Source of the DNA: Acutalibacteraceae bacterium
Lineage (GTDB): Bacteria > Bacillota > Clostridia > Oscillospirales > Acutalibacteraceae
Assembly: GCA_045587265.1 (NCBI GenBank)
Contig: JAZNBX010000023.1
Coordinates: 6,047-70,046, forward strand
DNA: 64,000 bases
Direction: 5' to 3'
The number at the start of each line of letters is the position of its first letter. Position 1 is the first letter of the stretch. Both the position numbers and the translations under genes were made by a program. Shown here one piece after another: positions 1 to 9,668 of the stretch. Below the pieces are notes generated by a model. That model made no database searches and was not told the DNA's origin. It was given only the letters and a program-made list of their open reading frames with translations.

Positions 1-1340
1 GGACAGTAGGTATGTAGCAGTTTGGGGGTTAGCCTTGCGTTGCAGGTTATACCTGTGCCGCGGTAACGCTCTTGTTGTAATTTTCGAGCATTTTCCACAC
101 GCTTTCTGATTTCGCTTGAGGGTTCCTCTCCGCCCGCGGCATTAAGTTCTTTAAATTCGGTCGGAGGAACTTCTACGTGTAGGTCAAGGCGGTCAAGCAT
201 AGGCCCCGAAACCCTGCCAAGATATTTCCGCACCACGTTTTCTGAACAGGTGCAAGGTTTTGTCGGATGTCCAAAATAGCCGCAGGGACAGGGGTTCATC
301 GCGGCAACCACCGTCATACTGCAAGGATAGGTTAAAGAGCCTACCGCACGGGATATGGTAACTACACCATCCTCAATAGGTTGGCGCAAAGTTTCCATAG
401 CGGAACGTGTAAATTCAGGTAACTCATCTAAAAACAGTACGCCGTTGTGAGCAAGTGAAATCTCGCCAGGGCGTGGAATGTTGCCACCGCCTGCAAGACC
501 AGGTCTGGAAACCGTGTGATGCGGAGAACGGAAAGGTCTTCTCTTTATTATTGGTTGGTCTTCGGGAAGCATACCGGCAATCGAATAAATTTTTGTTGTA
601 TCAATAGCCTCGTCAAAACTTAATTCGGGCAAAATTGAAGGTAGCCTTTTTGCAAGCATACTTTTGCCCGAACCGGGAGGACCGATAAGCAGAACGTTGT
701 GTCCGCCCGCAGCGGCAATCTCTAAAGCCTTTTTAGCGGCGTGTTGTCCTTTAACTTCTGAAAAATCAGGCATATATCCATAATCTATTTCTTGAAAGTT
801 TATAGGTGTAACTTTTTCTATTTCCTTTTCGCCTGTAAGGTGGTTGAGTAGGGCTAAAACGTGTGAGGTGGGATATATGTCAATCTCGTCAACAACGCTA
901 CATTCTGCGGCATTTTGTGCGGGTACAAATAAGCGTTTAATTCCGTGATTTTTAGCGCAAATCGTCATAGAAAGCATACCGTCAACGGGGCGAATGCTAC
1001 CATCTAGCGAAAGTTCTCCGATAAAAGCGCAATTGTCAAGTTCGGTGTCGAGCTGGCCTAGAGAACTTAAAATTGCAATAAGCATAGGTAGGTCGTAAAT
1101 TGCGCCTGCTTTTTTAACGTCAGCAGGGGCGAGGTTAACAACTATTTTGCTTGGCGGAAAGTTGAGTTTGCAGTTTTTTATTGCGGCGCGTACCCTATCG
1201 CGAGATTCCTTAACCGCCGTGTCGGGTAATCCTACTATATTAAAGGATGGCATTTCGCTTCTAAGGTTAGAGTCTGCTTCAACCTCAACCATAAAAGAAT
1301 CCATACCAAAAATGCCCATACTATTAATTTTAGAAAACAT
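1..1340 (-). CDS. comM: YifB/ComM-family Mg-chelatase-like AAA+ ATPase (N-terminal ~446 codons; C-terminus runs off the window start)
   Basis: Not in the ORF track because it is open at the window edge. My minus-strand translation from ATG at 1338-1340 gives MFSKINSMGIFGMDSF... Walker A is LLIGPPGSGKS (about nt 670-705). The frame stays open to nt 1. Confidence 0.85.
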   Translation of the reverse strand, partial: MFSKINSMGIFGMDSFMVEVEADSNLRSEMPSFNIVGLPDTAVKESRDRVRAAIKNCKLNFPPSKIVVNLAPADVKKAGAIYDLPMLIAILSSLGQLDTELDNCAFIGELSLDGSIRPVDGMLSMTICAKNHGIKRLFVPAQNAAECSVVDEIDIYPTSHVLALLNHLTGEKEIEKVTPINFQEIDYGYMPDFSEVKGQHAAKKALEIAAAGGHNVLLIGPPGSGKSMLAKRLPSILPELSFDEAIDTTKIYSIAGMLPEDQPIIKRRPFRSPHHTVSRPGLAGGGNIPRPGEISLAHNGVLFLDELPEFTRSAMETLRQPIEDGVVTISRAVGSLTYPCSMTVVAAMNPCPCGYFGHPTKPCTCSENVVRKYLGRVSGPMLDRLDLHVEVPPTEFKELNAAGGEEPSSEIRKRVENARKLQQERYRGTGITCNARLTPKLLHTYC

Positions 1341-1511
1341 AATTATCACACCTTTTTGCTTTGAGCACAAATGTTCTTTTTTACAATTATAACCAATCAG
1401 TAACATTTTTTCAACAAAAAATAAAAATTTTTCCTATTAAGGTTTTTAGGTTGCAAAAAAAGACAAAATAATGTATAATAATGTAGAAATAAATAAAAAG
1501 GACTTGAAAGA

Positions 1512-2600
1512 ATGAAAAAAAGAATATTTGCTTTATTTTTAATTGTAAGTTTGGTTGCAACCTTGGTTGGTTGTAATAAAAGAGATATGATGTCTTCAAG
1601 TGCACCATCGTTGGTGATTGAGGAAATAAAGCAAGAGGTTTCAAAGTATGCGGTTAACCCATTAACAGGTACTGAAACCTTGAAAAAGGATGCCGAAAAA
1701 TTACGTCCAACCGCTATTATGATAAATAATATCGAAACCGCTTGGGGCGTTCAAGCATCACTTTCAAAAGCAGATATAGTTTATGAAACCTATGTTGAGG
1801 GCGGCATCACAAGGCTTATGGCTGTGTTTAAAGATATCCGTACAGTAGGGGATAATAAAATCGGCTCGCTTCGTTCGGGTAGATATTCTTATCTAGATTT
1901 GGCATTAGGCCACGATGCAAGGTTTGTTCACGCAGGTCTTGATAACGTTTACTGTAAACCTTATATAAATAGCCTTGGCACAACTACAGTTGACCTTAAC
2001 ACTACCTATACTCAGGGCAATATTGTAGGCGGTAACAGTTGCGCTGCCAGAATTCCAAACGGACTTTCTTTAGAGCATACACTATATACAACGGGTAATA
2101 AACTTTACAAGTTACTCAAGAGTTCTGCAGATATGAAATTAAGCGAACCTCAAGAAAATTGGCAGAACTTTGTTAGCGAAGAAAATAAGTACGTGCCGGC
2201 AGATGGCGAGTGCAAAAAACTATACGTACCTTTCTCAAGTATGTATACCGCAGAGTTTAAGTTCAATGAAAAAAGTGGCAGTTACGATAAATATCGCTAC
2301 GGCGAAATTCAAAAGGATTACGATAACAAAAACAAAGAAATATCCTTTAAAAACGTGTTGGTGCTTTATTCAAGCGTAAACTATTTTAGCGATGGAACAC
2401 ACGTTAAAACCGAGATGGGCTCGGGCGAAGGCTATTATGTGTCAAATGGTGGCTATCGCAAAATCAAATGGTCTAAAGGCGATGCTAGGTCATCTATTAA
2501 GTTAACAGATGAGAATGGCAAGGAAATCGACTTTAACCCCGGTAACACCTACGTTTGCTTTACAAATACAAGCAATAAAGGTAGCACTACATTTAAATAA
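1512..2600 (+). CDS. DUF3048 (YerB-like) lipoprotein
   Basis: Lipobox LVGC after the signal peptide. RPTAIMINN...ADIVYETYVEGGITRLMAVF matches the DUF3048 signature. Confidence 0.8.
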   Translation: MKKRIFALFLIVSLVATLVGCNKRDMMSSSAPSLVIEEIKQEVSKYAVNPLTGTETLKKDAEKLRPTAIMINNIETAWGVQASLSKADIVYETYVEGGITRLMAVFKDIRTVGDNKIGSLRSGRYSYLDLALGHDARFVHAGLDNVYCKPYINSLGTTTVDLNTTYTQGNIVGGNSCAARIPNGLSLEHTLYTTGNKLYKLLKSSADMKLSEPQENWQNFVSEENKYVPADGECKKLYVPFSSMYTAEFKFNEKSGSYDKYRYGEIQKDYDNKNKEISFKNVLVLYSSVNYFSDGTHVKTEMGSGEGYYVSNGGYRKIKWSKGDARSSIKLTDENGKEIDFNPGNTYVCFTNTSNKGSTTFK

Positions 2601-2605
2601 AAATA

Positions 2606-2644
2606 AGTGGCATAAGGCTAAAAAACCTTGTGCCACTTTTTTTC
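2606..2644. terminator. Bidirectional intrinsic terminator between convergent genes
   Basis: 12-bp stem AGTGGCATAAGG/CCTTGTGCCACT with a T-run on both strands. Confidence 0.75.
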
Positions 2645-2672
2645 TTGCCCCTAAACGAAGCGGGGGCAGGCG

Positions 2673-3374
2673 TTATTGTAACCCTAAAACTTCTAGCGGA
2701 GAAAGCCAACCGTTTTTATCTTTTATGCCAAAATGTAGATGTGCGGAATCAAGACATTCGCAAGGCACCTCTCCAACAGTACCTACAATATTGCTCATAG
2801 TAACCGTTTCGCCTTTCTTTACCGAAACGTCGTTAAGACCGCAGTAATAACTAAAATTACCATCTTTATGCTCAATTACAACGGTGTTGCCCCAAAGTGA
2901 ATCTTTTTTAATTTCGTTAACAGTACCTTCGGCGCAGGCTTTTACTGTGGTGCCTTCCTCTGCTACTATATCTATGCCGTCGTGTGCGCGCATATCACCA
3001 TAGGTTTCAGAGTATATTAGGCTACTATTAGAAAAAGGCTTAATTATATTGGCTTTTATCGGCATAGCATAGGTTAACACCTTTGCGGTTGCCGCCTCTG
3101 TTGCTTGTTCTTGACTTTCGGTGGCGGTTTTAACACTTTCGGTGTTCTCTGTAACTTCGGGTGTGCTTACAATTGGTTCTTCGCTTTCAAATGTGTCTTC
3201 TTTACTTGTAAGAGGTTGTTGGTAGTCACTTTCGGTATATGAGATTTTGCCGGGTTCGGTAACCTTTTCTGCTTTGTCAACAGTAATTCTTGCAATACCA
3301 CCCGTTGCAAGCAGTACCATAGCGGCGGCTATATAAAAACTTTTTATCCCACGCTTTTTTCTTCTAGGTTTCAT
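2673..3374 (-). CDS. M23 (LytM-type) metallopeptidase, membrane anchored
   Basis: N-terminal TM segment. HDGIDI ... HLHF metal-binding motifs near the C-terminus. Confidence 0.9.
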   Translation of the reverse strand: MKPRRKKRGIKSFYIAAAMVLLATGGIARITVDKAEKVTEPGKISYTESDYQQPLTSKEDTFESEEPIVSTPEVTENTESVKTATESQEQATEAATAKVLTYAMPIKANIIKPFSNSSLIYSETYGDMRAHDGIDIVAEEGTTVKACAEGTVNEIKKDSLWGNTVVIEHKDGNFSYYCGLNDVSVKKGETVTMSNIVGTVGEVPCECLDSAHLHFGIKDKNGWLSPLEVLGLQ

Positions 3375-3630
3375 AATATATTAACTCCCTTTTTTAGTCT
3401 TTGTTAGTATTGTTGGCAGTGTTAAAAACTTTTATGCAACTAAAAAAACACAAAAACTTTTGAAAATTAATATATTATTCATAAAATGATAATTTTATCG
3501 TAAGAAATTGAATTTATAATAATTGTGTACTCAAAAAACGTAGGGAGCCGCACCCTATAGAGTACATCTACCCTCCTCAATCCACGATTTTTCGTGGGGG
3601 CTATGCTTTTTTAGCATAGCCTTTTTTATT

Positions 3631-3662
3631 GCAAAAAATAAAACCTACGCAAAACGTAGGCT
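3631..3662 (-). terminator. Intrinsic terminator of queH
   Basis: CCTACG/CGTAGG stem followed by a T-run on the minus strand. Confidence 0.6.
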
Positions 3663-3667
3663 TTATG

Positions 3668-4282
3668 CTATTTGTTTTTTGAAAAAACGCAACCGCAGTA
3701 GTCTTGCCGATAAAGGTTGTGTTCTTTTGAAAGCTCGATAGAACGCTTATAGCCTTCCTTTTTCTTGAAATCCGAAAGAAGATACTTTACGCCATACTCT
3801 TTTTCTAACTCTAAACCAATAGTGTTAAGCGTTTCGGCGCTTTTTAGCGGGCTAATTGAAAGGGTGGTGCAAAAGTAATCAAATCCGTTCTTTGACGCCT
3901 CTTTAGCGGCTTTTTCTAACCTTAAGCGGTAGCAGATTTTGCATCTTTCGCCACCTTCTTTGCAGCCCTCGTATCCTTTAACGGCACTGTAAAACTCATC
4001 GGGATTAAAGTCCACTTTCATAATCTTAATATCGTCAAAGCCGAATTCGTCAATTAGCCTTAATAGTTCGTTTTCGCGCGCGGTGTACTCGCTTTCAGGA
4101 TAGATGTTGGGGTTATAAAAAAGTGCGGTTATATCAAAATGCTCGTGCAAATATTCCAAGCAATAACTAGAGCAGGGGGCACAGCACACTTGCAACAAAA
4201 GAAGAGGTTTTTTACCGTTTTTTATGTTGTCTGCAATAATTTTCTCAAGTTCTTTTTGATAATTGATACCCAAAAGTTTCAC
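3668..4282 (-). CDS. queH: Epoxyqueuosine reductase QueH (DUF208)
   Basis: LLLQVCCAPCSSY, CKICYRLRLEKAA and YRQDYCGC cysteine motifs typical of QueH. Confidence 0.9.
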   Translation of the reverse strand: MKLLGINYQKELEKIIADNIKNGKKPLLLLQVCCAPCSSYCLEYLHEHFDITALFYNPNIYPESEYTARENELLRLIDEFGFDDIKIMKVDFNPDEFYSAVKGYEGCKEGGERCKICYRLRLEKAAKEASKNGFDYFCTTLSISPLKSAETLNTIGLELEKEYGVKYLLSDFKKKEGYKRSIELSKEHNLYRQDYCGCVFSKNK

Positions 4283-4381
4283 CGCCTTTTAAAGTATTAT
4301 ACTTTAATTCGAGGTTTATTTCAAGGTGCGGTTTGACTAAATGCTACATAAATGATATTATATCTATAATGGGTGTGAAAT

Positions 4382-5083
4382 ATGAAAATAAAAGACTTTT
4401 TAAAAACCTACAAGAAGCAAATATTTGTAAGCGTAATATTGTTTTTGGTGTTGGCGTTTTCGGTTGCGGTTTATTTTTTAGCGGGCAAACCGTTGGTTGA
4501 GTTTATCAGCAATCCAGCAGAGTTTAAACGTTGGGTAGAAACCCGTGGGATATTAGCCTACGTAGCCTTCGTTTTAATGACTGTGTTTCAAATAATAATC
4601 GCCTTTATTCCGGGCGAGCCGTTTGAACTTGCAGCAGGCTACGCTTTTGGCGGATTTATGGGAACACTGCTTTGCGTTATAGCATCAGTAATAGGCTGCA
4701 CCTTGGTTTTTATGCTAACCAGGAAATTTGGTATGCCGCTTGTAGAACTTTTCTTTGGAAAAGAAAAAATTGATAATTTAAAATTTTTGAAAAACTCAAA
4801 AAAGCGAAACATAATAATATTTTTACTATTCTTTATTCCTGGTACGCCGAAAGATATAATAACCTATTTCGTAGGCTTAACCGATATAAAACTGTGGCAG
4901 TGGTTGCTCATTTGCTCGGTAGCAAAACTACCCTCAATAGTAACCTCAACGGTAAGCGGCGGTGCTTTGGGAGAGCAAAAATATATTACCGCGGTAGTTT
5001 TTCTCGTGGCAACCGCACTTATTAGCGCTATTGGGGTTTTAATTTACAAACGAGTAATAGCAAAGCAAAACAATGTAAAATAA
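4382..5083 (+). CDS. TVP38/TMEM64 (SNARE-associated/DedA-like) membrane protein
   Basis: Multi-TM protein with the FIPGEPFELAAGYAFG motif. Confidence 0.8.
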   Translation: MKIKDFLKTYKKQIFVSVILFLVLAFSVAVYFLAGKPLVEFISNPAEFKRWVETRGILAYVAFVLMTVFQIIIAFIPGEPFELAAGYAFGGFMGTLLCVIASVIGCTLVFMLTRKFGMPLVELFFGKEKIDNLKFLKNSKKRNIIIFLLFFIPGTPKDIITYFVGLTDIKLWQWLLICSVAKLPSIVTSTVSGGALGEQKYITAVVFLVATALISAIGVLIYKRVIAKQNNVK

Positions 5084-5146
5084 TGTTATAGCATTTTTAA
5101 AAAAAGTATGTTATAGTGTATATATAACCACCAAGGAGGATTTATT

Positions 5147-6862
5147 ATGAAACGTTTAATTTCGGCAATACTTGCCACTATCTTGGCGTTTTCTGCATTC
5201 AGTATGCTATGCTTTGCAGATAGCAAAAAAGCAATTAGCAGTTATGAAGACTTATGCAATATCTCTAAAGACCTAAAAGGCGATTATTATCTTACTAAAA
5301 ATATCGATGCTAGCGGTAAAACTTTTACACCTTTGGGTAGTGCTAGTGAACAGTTTAAGGGTACGCTTGACGGTAAGGGCTATGCAATCATAGGCCTTAA
5401 TATTGGAAACACTGCATCTAAAAATGGCTCGTCGGTTTATAGTGGTATGTTTGCATATAACGGCGGTGTAGTAAAGAACCTTAATTTTGTAGATGCAACT
5501 GCTACCAATACAAAAGGCAAGTACCAGTATGCAGGTATTGTAGCTGCTATAAACCTTGCTAATATTGAAAATTGTTACGTTTCGGGCACAGTTAAAAACG
5601 AGAATGCCGAGGTAGCAACCTATACGGGTGGTATGGTAGGTCAAATGCTTCGCGGAAGTATTACAAACTCGGTATCTTACGTTAACGTTTACGCAAAGGG
5701 CGGCGCGCAATACACAGGTGGTATAACAGGTTATAACGAGCAAGGTGTTATAAACACTGTTGCTATGTATGGTTCTGTGTTCGCAAATGGTGTAGATGCT
5801 ACTACCGACGTGTATGCGGGCGGTATTAGTGGCTTTACAAGAGCAGAGTCAAAACTTTCTAACCTTTTATTCGCAGGCGGTCTTTTGGCCGAGAAGTTTG
5901 CAAATGTGTACCTCGGCGGTATAGTGGGTAATGCTTTAGGTAGCCTTACAAAAAGTGTTGCAATCGGAACAGTAAGCCCATCTCAAACGCTTTCGCATAT
6001 TTATATCGGCGGTATCGCAGGTAATGATTATGGCGCAAAGGTTAGCGATACATATTATAGTGAAACAATTACAAACGAAAAAATCACCTGTAAAACGGGT
6101 ACTGAACTAACCGAAAAAGGTTTAGAAAACAGTTCTCTTTATAGCGGTTTGGATTTTTCGGGTGCATGGGAGATTGTAGACGGCAAACCTGCGCTTCGCG
6201 GTATGCCAACCGTTACTATCGACCCCGTTGTTTCGGAATTAACCGGAATTGAAATAGAGAAAGAACCTAAAAAGTTAGAGTATATTCAGGGCGACCCCGC
6301 GCTAGATTTAACAGGTATTAAGGTTAATGCAGTTTATACCGATAAAAAGGTAGAACTTGCACAAAACGAATACACAGTAGGCGGCTATAATTACATAGAA
6401 ACAGGTAAACAAACAATTACAGTTTCTTATATGGGCTTTAGCGACACCTTTACCATTACTGTTAAGAAAACCGATGCAGGCGTTATCATTCCTGAAATTA
6501 CCGATGATTCGTATTTTGAGGGCAACTCTACCGGTAAGGTAGATAAAAAGCCATCTAAAAAGCCAAGCACGTCATCTAAGGACAAGGATGCCACTTCATC
6601 TGTTATGAATATAACGAACGGTGTGGTTGATAATATGGAGGACGATGAGGGCAACATACCGTCAGACGATAGCACTACAGTTGGCGCTATCGGTGGCACA
6701 GATGGTCCTACCGATGTTAAAGTAAAACTTTCAACCACCACAATTATAATCATAATTGTTGTTTCTGTGCTTGTTGTAGCAGGTACTGGCGTTGGTGTAG
6801 TTTTCTATATCAAACGCAAAAAAGGGTCCAAAACACAAGAAACCGAAACAGAAATAGAATAA
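5147..6862 (+). CDS. Secreted GLUG-motif repeat surface protein with an Ig-like (Big_3-type) domain and a C-terminal TM anchor
   Basis: Signal peptide. Repeated Y(A/T/L/I)GG(I/M)(V/T/S/A)G GLUG-like motifs. The segment TGIEIEKEPKKLEYIQGD...TITV looks Ig-like. An S/T/D-rich stalk is followed by a hydrophobic helix and KRKK. Confidence 0.7.
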   Translation: MKRLISAILATILAFSAFSMLCFADSKKAISSYEDLCNISKDLKGDYYLTKNIDASGKTFTPLGSASEQFKGTLDGKGYAIIGLNIGNTASKNGSSVYSGMFAYNGGVVKNLNFVDATATNTKGKYQYAGIVAAINLANIENCYVSGTVKNENAEVATYTGGMVGQMLRGSITNSVSYVNVYAKGGAQYTGGITGYNEQGVINTVAMYGSVFANGVDATTDVYAGGISGFTRAESKLSNLLFAGGLLAEKFANVYLGGIVGNALGSLTKSVAIGTVSPSQTLSHIYIGGIAGNDYGAKVSDTYYSETITNEKITCKTGTELTEKGLENSSLYSGLDFSGAWEIVDGKPALRGMPTVTIDPVVSELTGIEIEKEPKKLEYIQGDPALDLTGIKVNAVYTDKKVELAQNEYTVGGYNYIETGKQTITVSYMGFSDTFTITVKKTDAGVIIPEITDDSYFEGNSTGKVDKKPSKKPSTSSKDKDATSSVMNITNGVVDNMEDDEGNIPSDDSTTVGAIGGTDGPTDVKVKLSTTTIIIIIVVSVLVVAGTGVGVVFYIKRKKGSKTQETETEIE

Positions 6863-6866
6863 AATC

Positions 6867-6899
6867 ATACCGCTTATCGTAGTGATAAGCGGTATTTTA
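6867..6899 (+). terminator. Intrinsic terminator
   Basis: 12-bp stem ATACCGCTTATC/GATAAGCGGTAT followed by TTTT. Confidence 0.8.
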
Positions 6900-7024
6900 T
6901 ATAATAAATGTTGAATAGTTCAAAAAAGTTTGTTTAATTTTTGACAAATTTCAAATTAAACCTTGTTTTTGTGATAAGAAAAGTATATAATGTTATTTGT
7001 AAAAATATGAAAGGAGTTTCACTT

Positions 7025-7717
7025 ATGAAATATTCGTCAGAAGTACAAAATATGTGTCCTCTAACCAAAGGCTCATATCATGGTCCTGCCCCTATTCCAC
7101 AAGAGGGTAAATGGACTCAGGTTACGGAAATTAAAGACATTTCCGGTCTTACACACGGCATCGGCTGGTGCGCACCTCAACAGGGTACCTGCAAACTTAC
7201 ATTAAATGTAAAAGAAGGTATTATTGAAGAGGCATTGGTAGAAACCGTTGGTTGTTCGGGTATGACCCACTCTGCTGGTATGGCATCAGAAATTTTTATT
7301 GGTAAAACTCTTTTAGAGGCTCTTAACACCGACCTCGTTTGTGACGCTATCAATACCGCTATGCGCGAACTTTTCTTGCAGATAGTTTATGGTAGAACAC
7401 AAACCGCTTTCAGTGAAGATGGTCTTCCTGTAGGTGCAGGTCTTGAGGACCTTGGTAAAGGTCTTCGTTCACAGGTAGGTACTACCTATGCAACAAAGGC
7501 TAAAGGCCCCCGTTACTTAGAACTTGCTGAGGGTTACATAACCAAAATCGCTGTTGATGATAATGGCGAAATTATCGGTTATAAATTCGTACACCTAGGC
7601 AAAATGATGGAAATGATAGGCAAAGGCGTAGACGCTAACGAGGCACTCGATAAAGCAAGCGGTCAGTATGGCCGTGTTGACGATGCCGCAAAGCTTATCG
7701 ATCCAAGACACGAATAA
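7025..7717 (+). CDS. NifU/IscU-like N-terminal-domain protein (divergent Fe-S scaffold-like)
   Basis: The track ORF starts at 6941, but AAAGGAG (7010-7016) sits 8 nt upstream of ATG 7025. GWCAPQQGTCKL...VGCSGMTHSAGMAS resembles IscU Cys motifs. Confidence 0.7.
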   Translation: MKYSSEVQNMCPLTKGSYHGPAPIPQEGKWTQVTEIKDISGLTHGIGWCAPQQGTCKLTLNVKEGIIEEALVETVGCSGMTHSAGMASEIFIGKTLLEALNTDLVCDAINTAMRELFLQIVYGRTQTAFSEDGLPVGAGLEDLGKGLRSQVGTTYATKAKGPRYLELAEGYITKIAVDDNGEIIGYKFVHLGKMMEMIGKGVDANEALDKASGQYGRVDDAAKLIDPRHE

Positions 7718-7736
7718 GAAGGGGAGGTAAACGTAA

Positions 7737-8738
7737 ATGGCTTTATTTGAAGGTTATGAAAGAAGAATTGCCCAGATTAACGAAGAACTCGCTAAACACG
7801 GCATTTCATCTATTGAAGAAGCAAAGAAAATTTGCGACGATGCAGGCGTAGACGCTTATAACATCGTAAAAGGCATTCAGCCAATCTGTTTCGAAAACGC
7901 TGCTTGGGCTTACGTTGTAGGCGCAGCTATCGCTATTAAAGACGGCGTAAAAACCGCTGCAGAAGCTGCCGAGAAAATCGGTGTAGGTCTACAAAGTTTC
8001 TGTATCCCTGGTTCTGTTGCTGACGACCGTAAGGTTGGTATCGGTCACGGTAATCTTGGTGCTATGCTTCTCCGTGAGGAGACAAAGTGCTTCGCATTCT
8101 TGGCAGGTCACGAGTCTTTTGCTGCTGCAGAAGGTGCTATCGGTTTGGCTAGAAGCGCTAACAAGGCTAGAAAAGAAGACCTCCGTGTTATTCTTAACGG
8201 TCTTGGTAAAGATGCTGCAAAAATCATTTCTCGTATCAATGGCTTTACCTATGTTCAAACCAAGTTTGATTACTACACCGGTAAAGTAGAAATCGTAGAA
8301 GAAATCGCATACTCAAAGGGCGAGCGTGCAAAGGTTCGTTGCTATGGTGCAGACGAGGTTCGTGAGGGCGTTGCAATAATGCACCTAGAGGGTGTTGACG
8401 TATCTATCACAGGTAACTCAACCAACCCAACCCGTTTCCAACATCCTGTTGCAGGTACTTACAAGAAGGAATGTATCCTCGAGGGTAAAAAATACTTCTC
8501 AGTAGCTAGTGGTGGCGGTACAGGCCGTACCTTACATCCAGATAATATGGCTGCAGGTCCTGCTTCTTATGGTATGACCGATACAATGGGACGTATGCAC
8601 TCAGACGCTCAGTTCGCAGGTTCTTCTTCAGTTCCTGCCCACGTTGAGATGATGGGTCTTATCGGTGCAGGTAACAACCCAATGGTTGGTATGACCGTTG
8701 CAGTTGCAGTTGCTATCGAAGAAGCATTAAAGAAATAA
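7737..8738 (+). CDS. GGGtGRT-family protein (function unknown)
   Basis: Literal family motif SVASGGGTGRTLHP. About 333 aa, the typical length. Confidence 0.8.
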   Translation: MALFEGYERRIAQINEELAKHGISSIEEAKKICDDAGVDAYNIVKGIQPICFENAAWAYVVGAAIAIKDGVKTAAEAAEKIGVGLQSFCIPGSVADDRKVGIGHGNLGAMLLREETKCFAFLAGHESFAAAEGAIGLARSANKARKEDLRVILNGLGKDAAKIISRINGFTYVQTKFDYYTGKVEIVEEIAYSKGERAKVRCYGADEVREGVAIMHLEGVDVSITGNSTNPTRFQHPVAGTYKKECILEGKKYFSVASGGGTGRTLHPDNMAAGPASYGMTDTMGRMHSDAQFAGSSSVPAHVEMMGLIGAGNNPMVGMTVAVAVAIEEALKK

Positions 8739-8756
8739 TTAAATATTACAAATCTA

Positions 8757-8786
8757 AAAGGAGGGCAATTTGCCCTCCTTTTTTTG
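8757..8786. terminator. Bidirectional intrinsic terminator
   Basis: AAAGGAGGGCA/TGCCCTCCTTT stem followed by TTTTT. Confidence 0.8.
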
Positions 8787-8814
8787 CGGTAATCTTTTAT
8801 TTCTTAAATGAATA

Positions 8815-9633
8815 CTATTCTCTTTCAAACATCATTGATTTATCTGAACCAACCATCATAAGCAGGTCGTTTGTTGGAGAATAATAAAAACTAAATTCTG
8901 TATTTCCTTCTTTTAAAATATATTTATCATTTCCAGATGAATCTGTTTCTACAAACTGCCATTTAAGTGCAAGATTAGACGCTTTGTTTTCATCCGAATT
9001 GTAAGATATCATTGTGGCGCTTCCGTCGGAATTGCACAAAATACCTGTTGCATAAGTGATTGGTAACTCAGTAGAATCACCTGTTGTGGTGTCAAGTGTA
9101 GCGGAACACTTCCATCTTCCTACAATTTCTTTGTCGGAGGGTTGCTTGTTAATGGGTGAATATGAATTATATTCATCTCTTTTGTAAAGAATCATACCGT
9201 CGGCTTCCGGAGTATTAATTGACAAGGCATCTGATGAATATAGATAAGAAATTCCTATTTCTGACTTGTCCTCAAAGTAAACTGAATATATATCGGTGTC
9301 ATCCAAAGCAGAGTAAAATTCCCAAGTAACCTTTTGTAAATCCAACAGTGTACCATTTTTAACTATATTAAGGTATCCTGTTCCATCGTTATTGAATTCA
9401 CAACTGCATACATATAGTTCAGGAGGAGTGGTAGCCGAACCTGTTGACGTGTCCATAGTTCCAATATATGTCCATGTGCCAACTATGTTTTCTTCCTCTA
9501 CTTCCTCGACTTCACTCGTTATACTATCTGACGATAAGTCTGTGTTCTGGTCCTGTGTCTCGCCTTTACCACAACCACATAGCACACCAATTAATACTAG
9601 TATAATTAATAATATAGATATAAGTCTTTTCAT
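8815..9633 (-). CDS. Lipoprotein with two tandem lipocalin-like modules
   Basis: Lipobox LCGCGK. Internal duplication: IVGTWTYIGTMDTSTGSATT... versus IVGRWKCSATLDTTTGDSTE... Confidence 0.6.
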   Translation of the reverse strand: MKRLISILLIILVLIGVLCGCGKGETQDQNTDLSSDSITSEVEEVEEENIVGTWTYIGTMDTSTGSATTPPELYVCSCEFNNDGTGYLNIVKNGTLLDLQKVTWEFYSALDDTDIYSVYFEDKSEIGISYLYSSDALSINTPEADGMILYKRDEYNSYSPINKQPSDKEIVGRWKCSATLDTTTGDSTELPITYATGILCNSDGSATMISYNSDENKASNLALKWQFVETDSSGNDKYILKEGNTEFSFYYSPTNDLLMMVGSDKSMMFERE

Positions 9634-9668
9634 TGTTTATTCATCCCTTACATAAATTTTTCGTTATT

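Noticed and set aside
6941-7024. N-terminal extension of the NifU-like ORF, as given in the track.
   Set aside because: The extension starts in promoter-like AT-rich sequence. A proper AAAGGAG RBS precedes the internal ATG at 7025. Similar upstream extensions were trimmed for pyk, rny, glgB, secF, the GT4 gene, the NUDIX gene and the carboxyltransferase.
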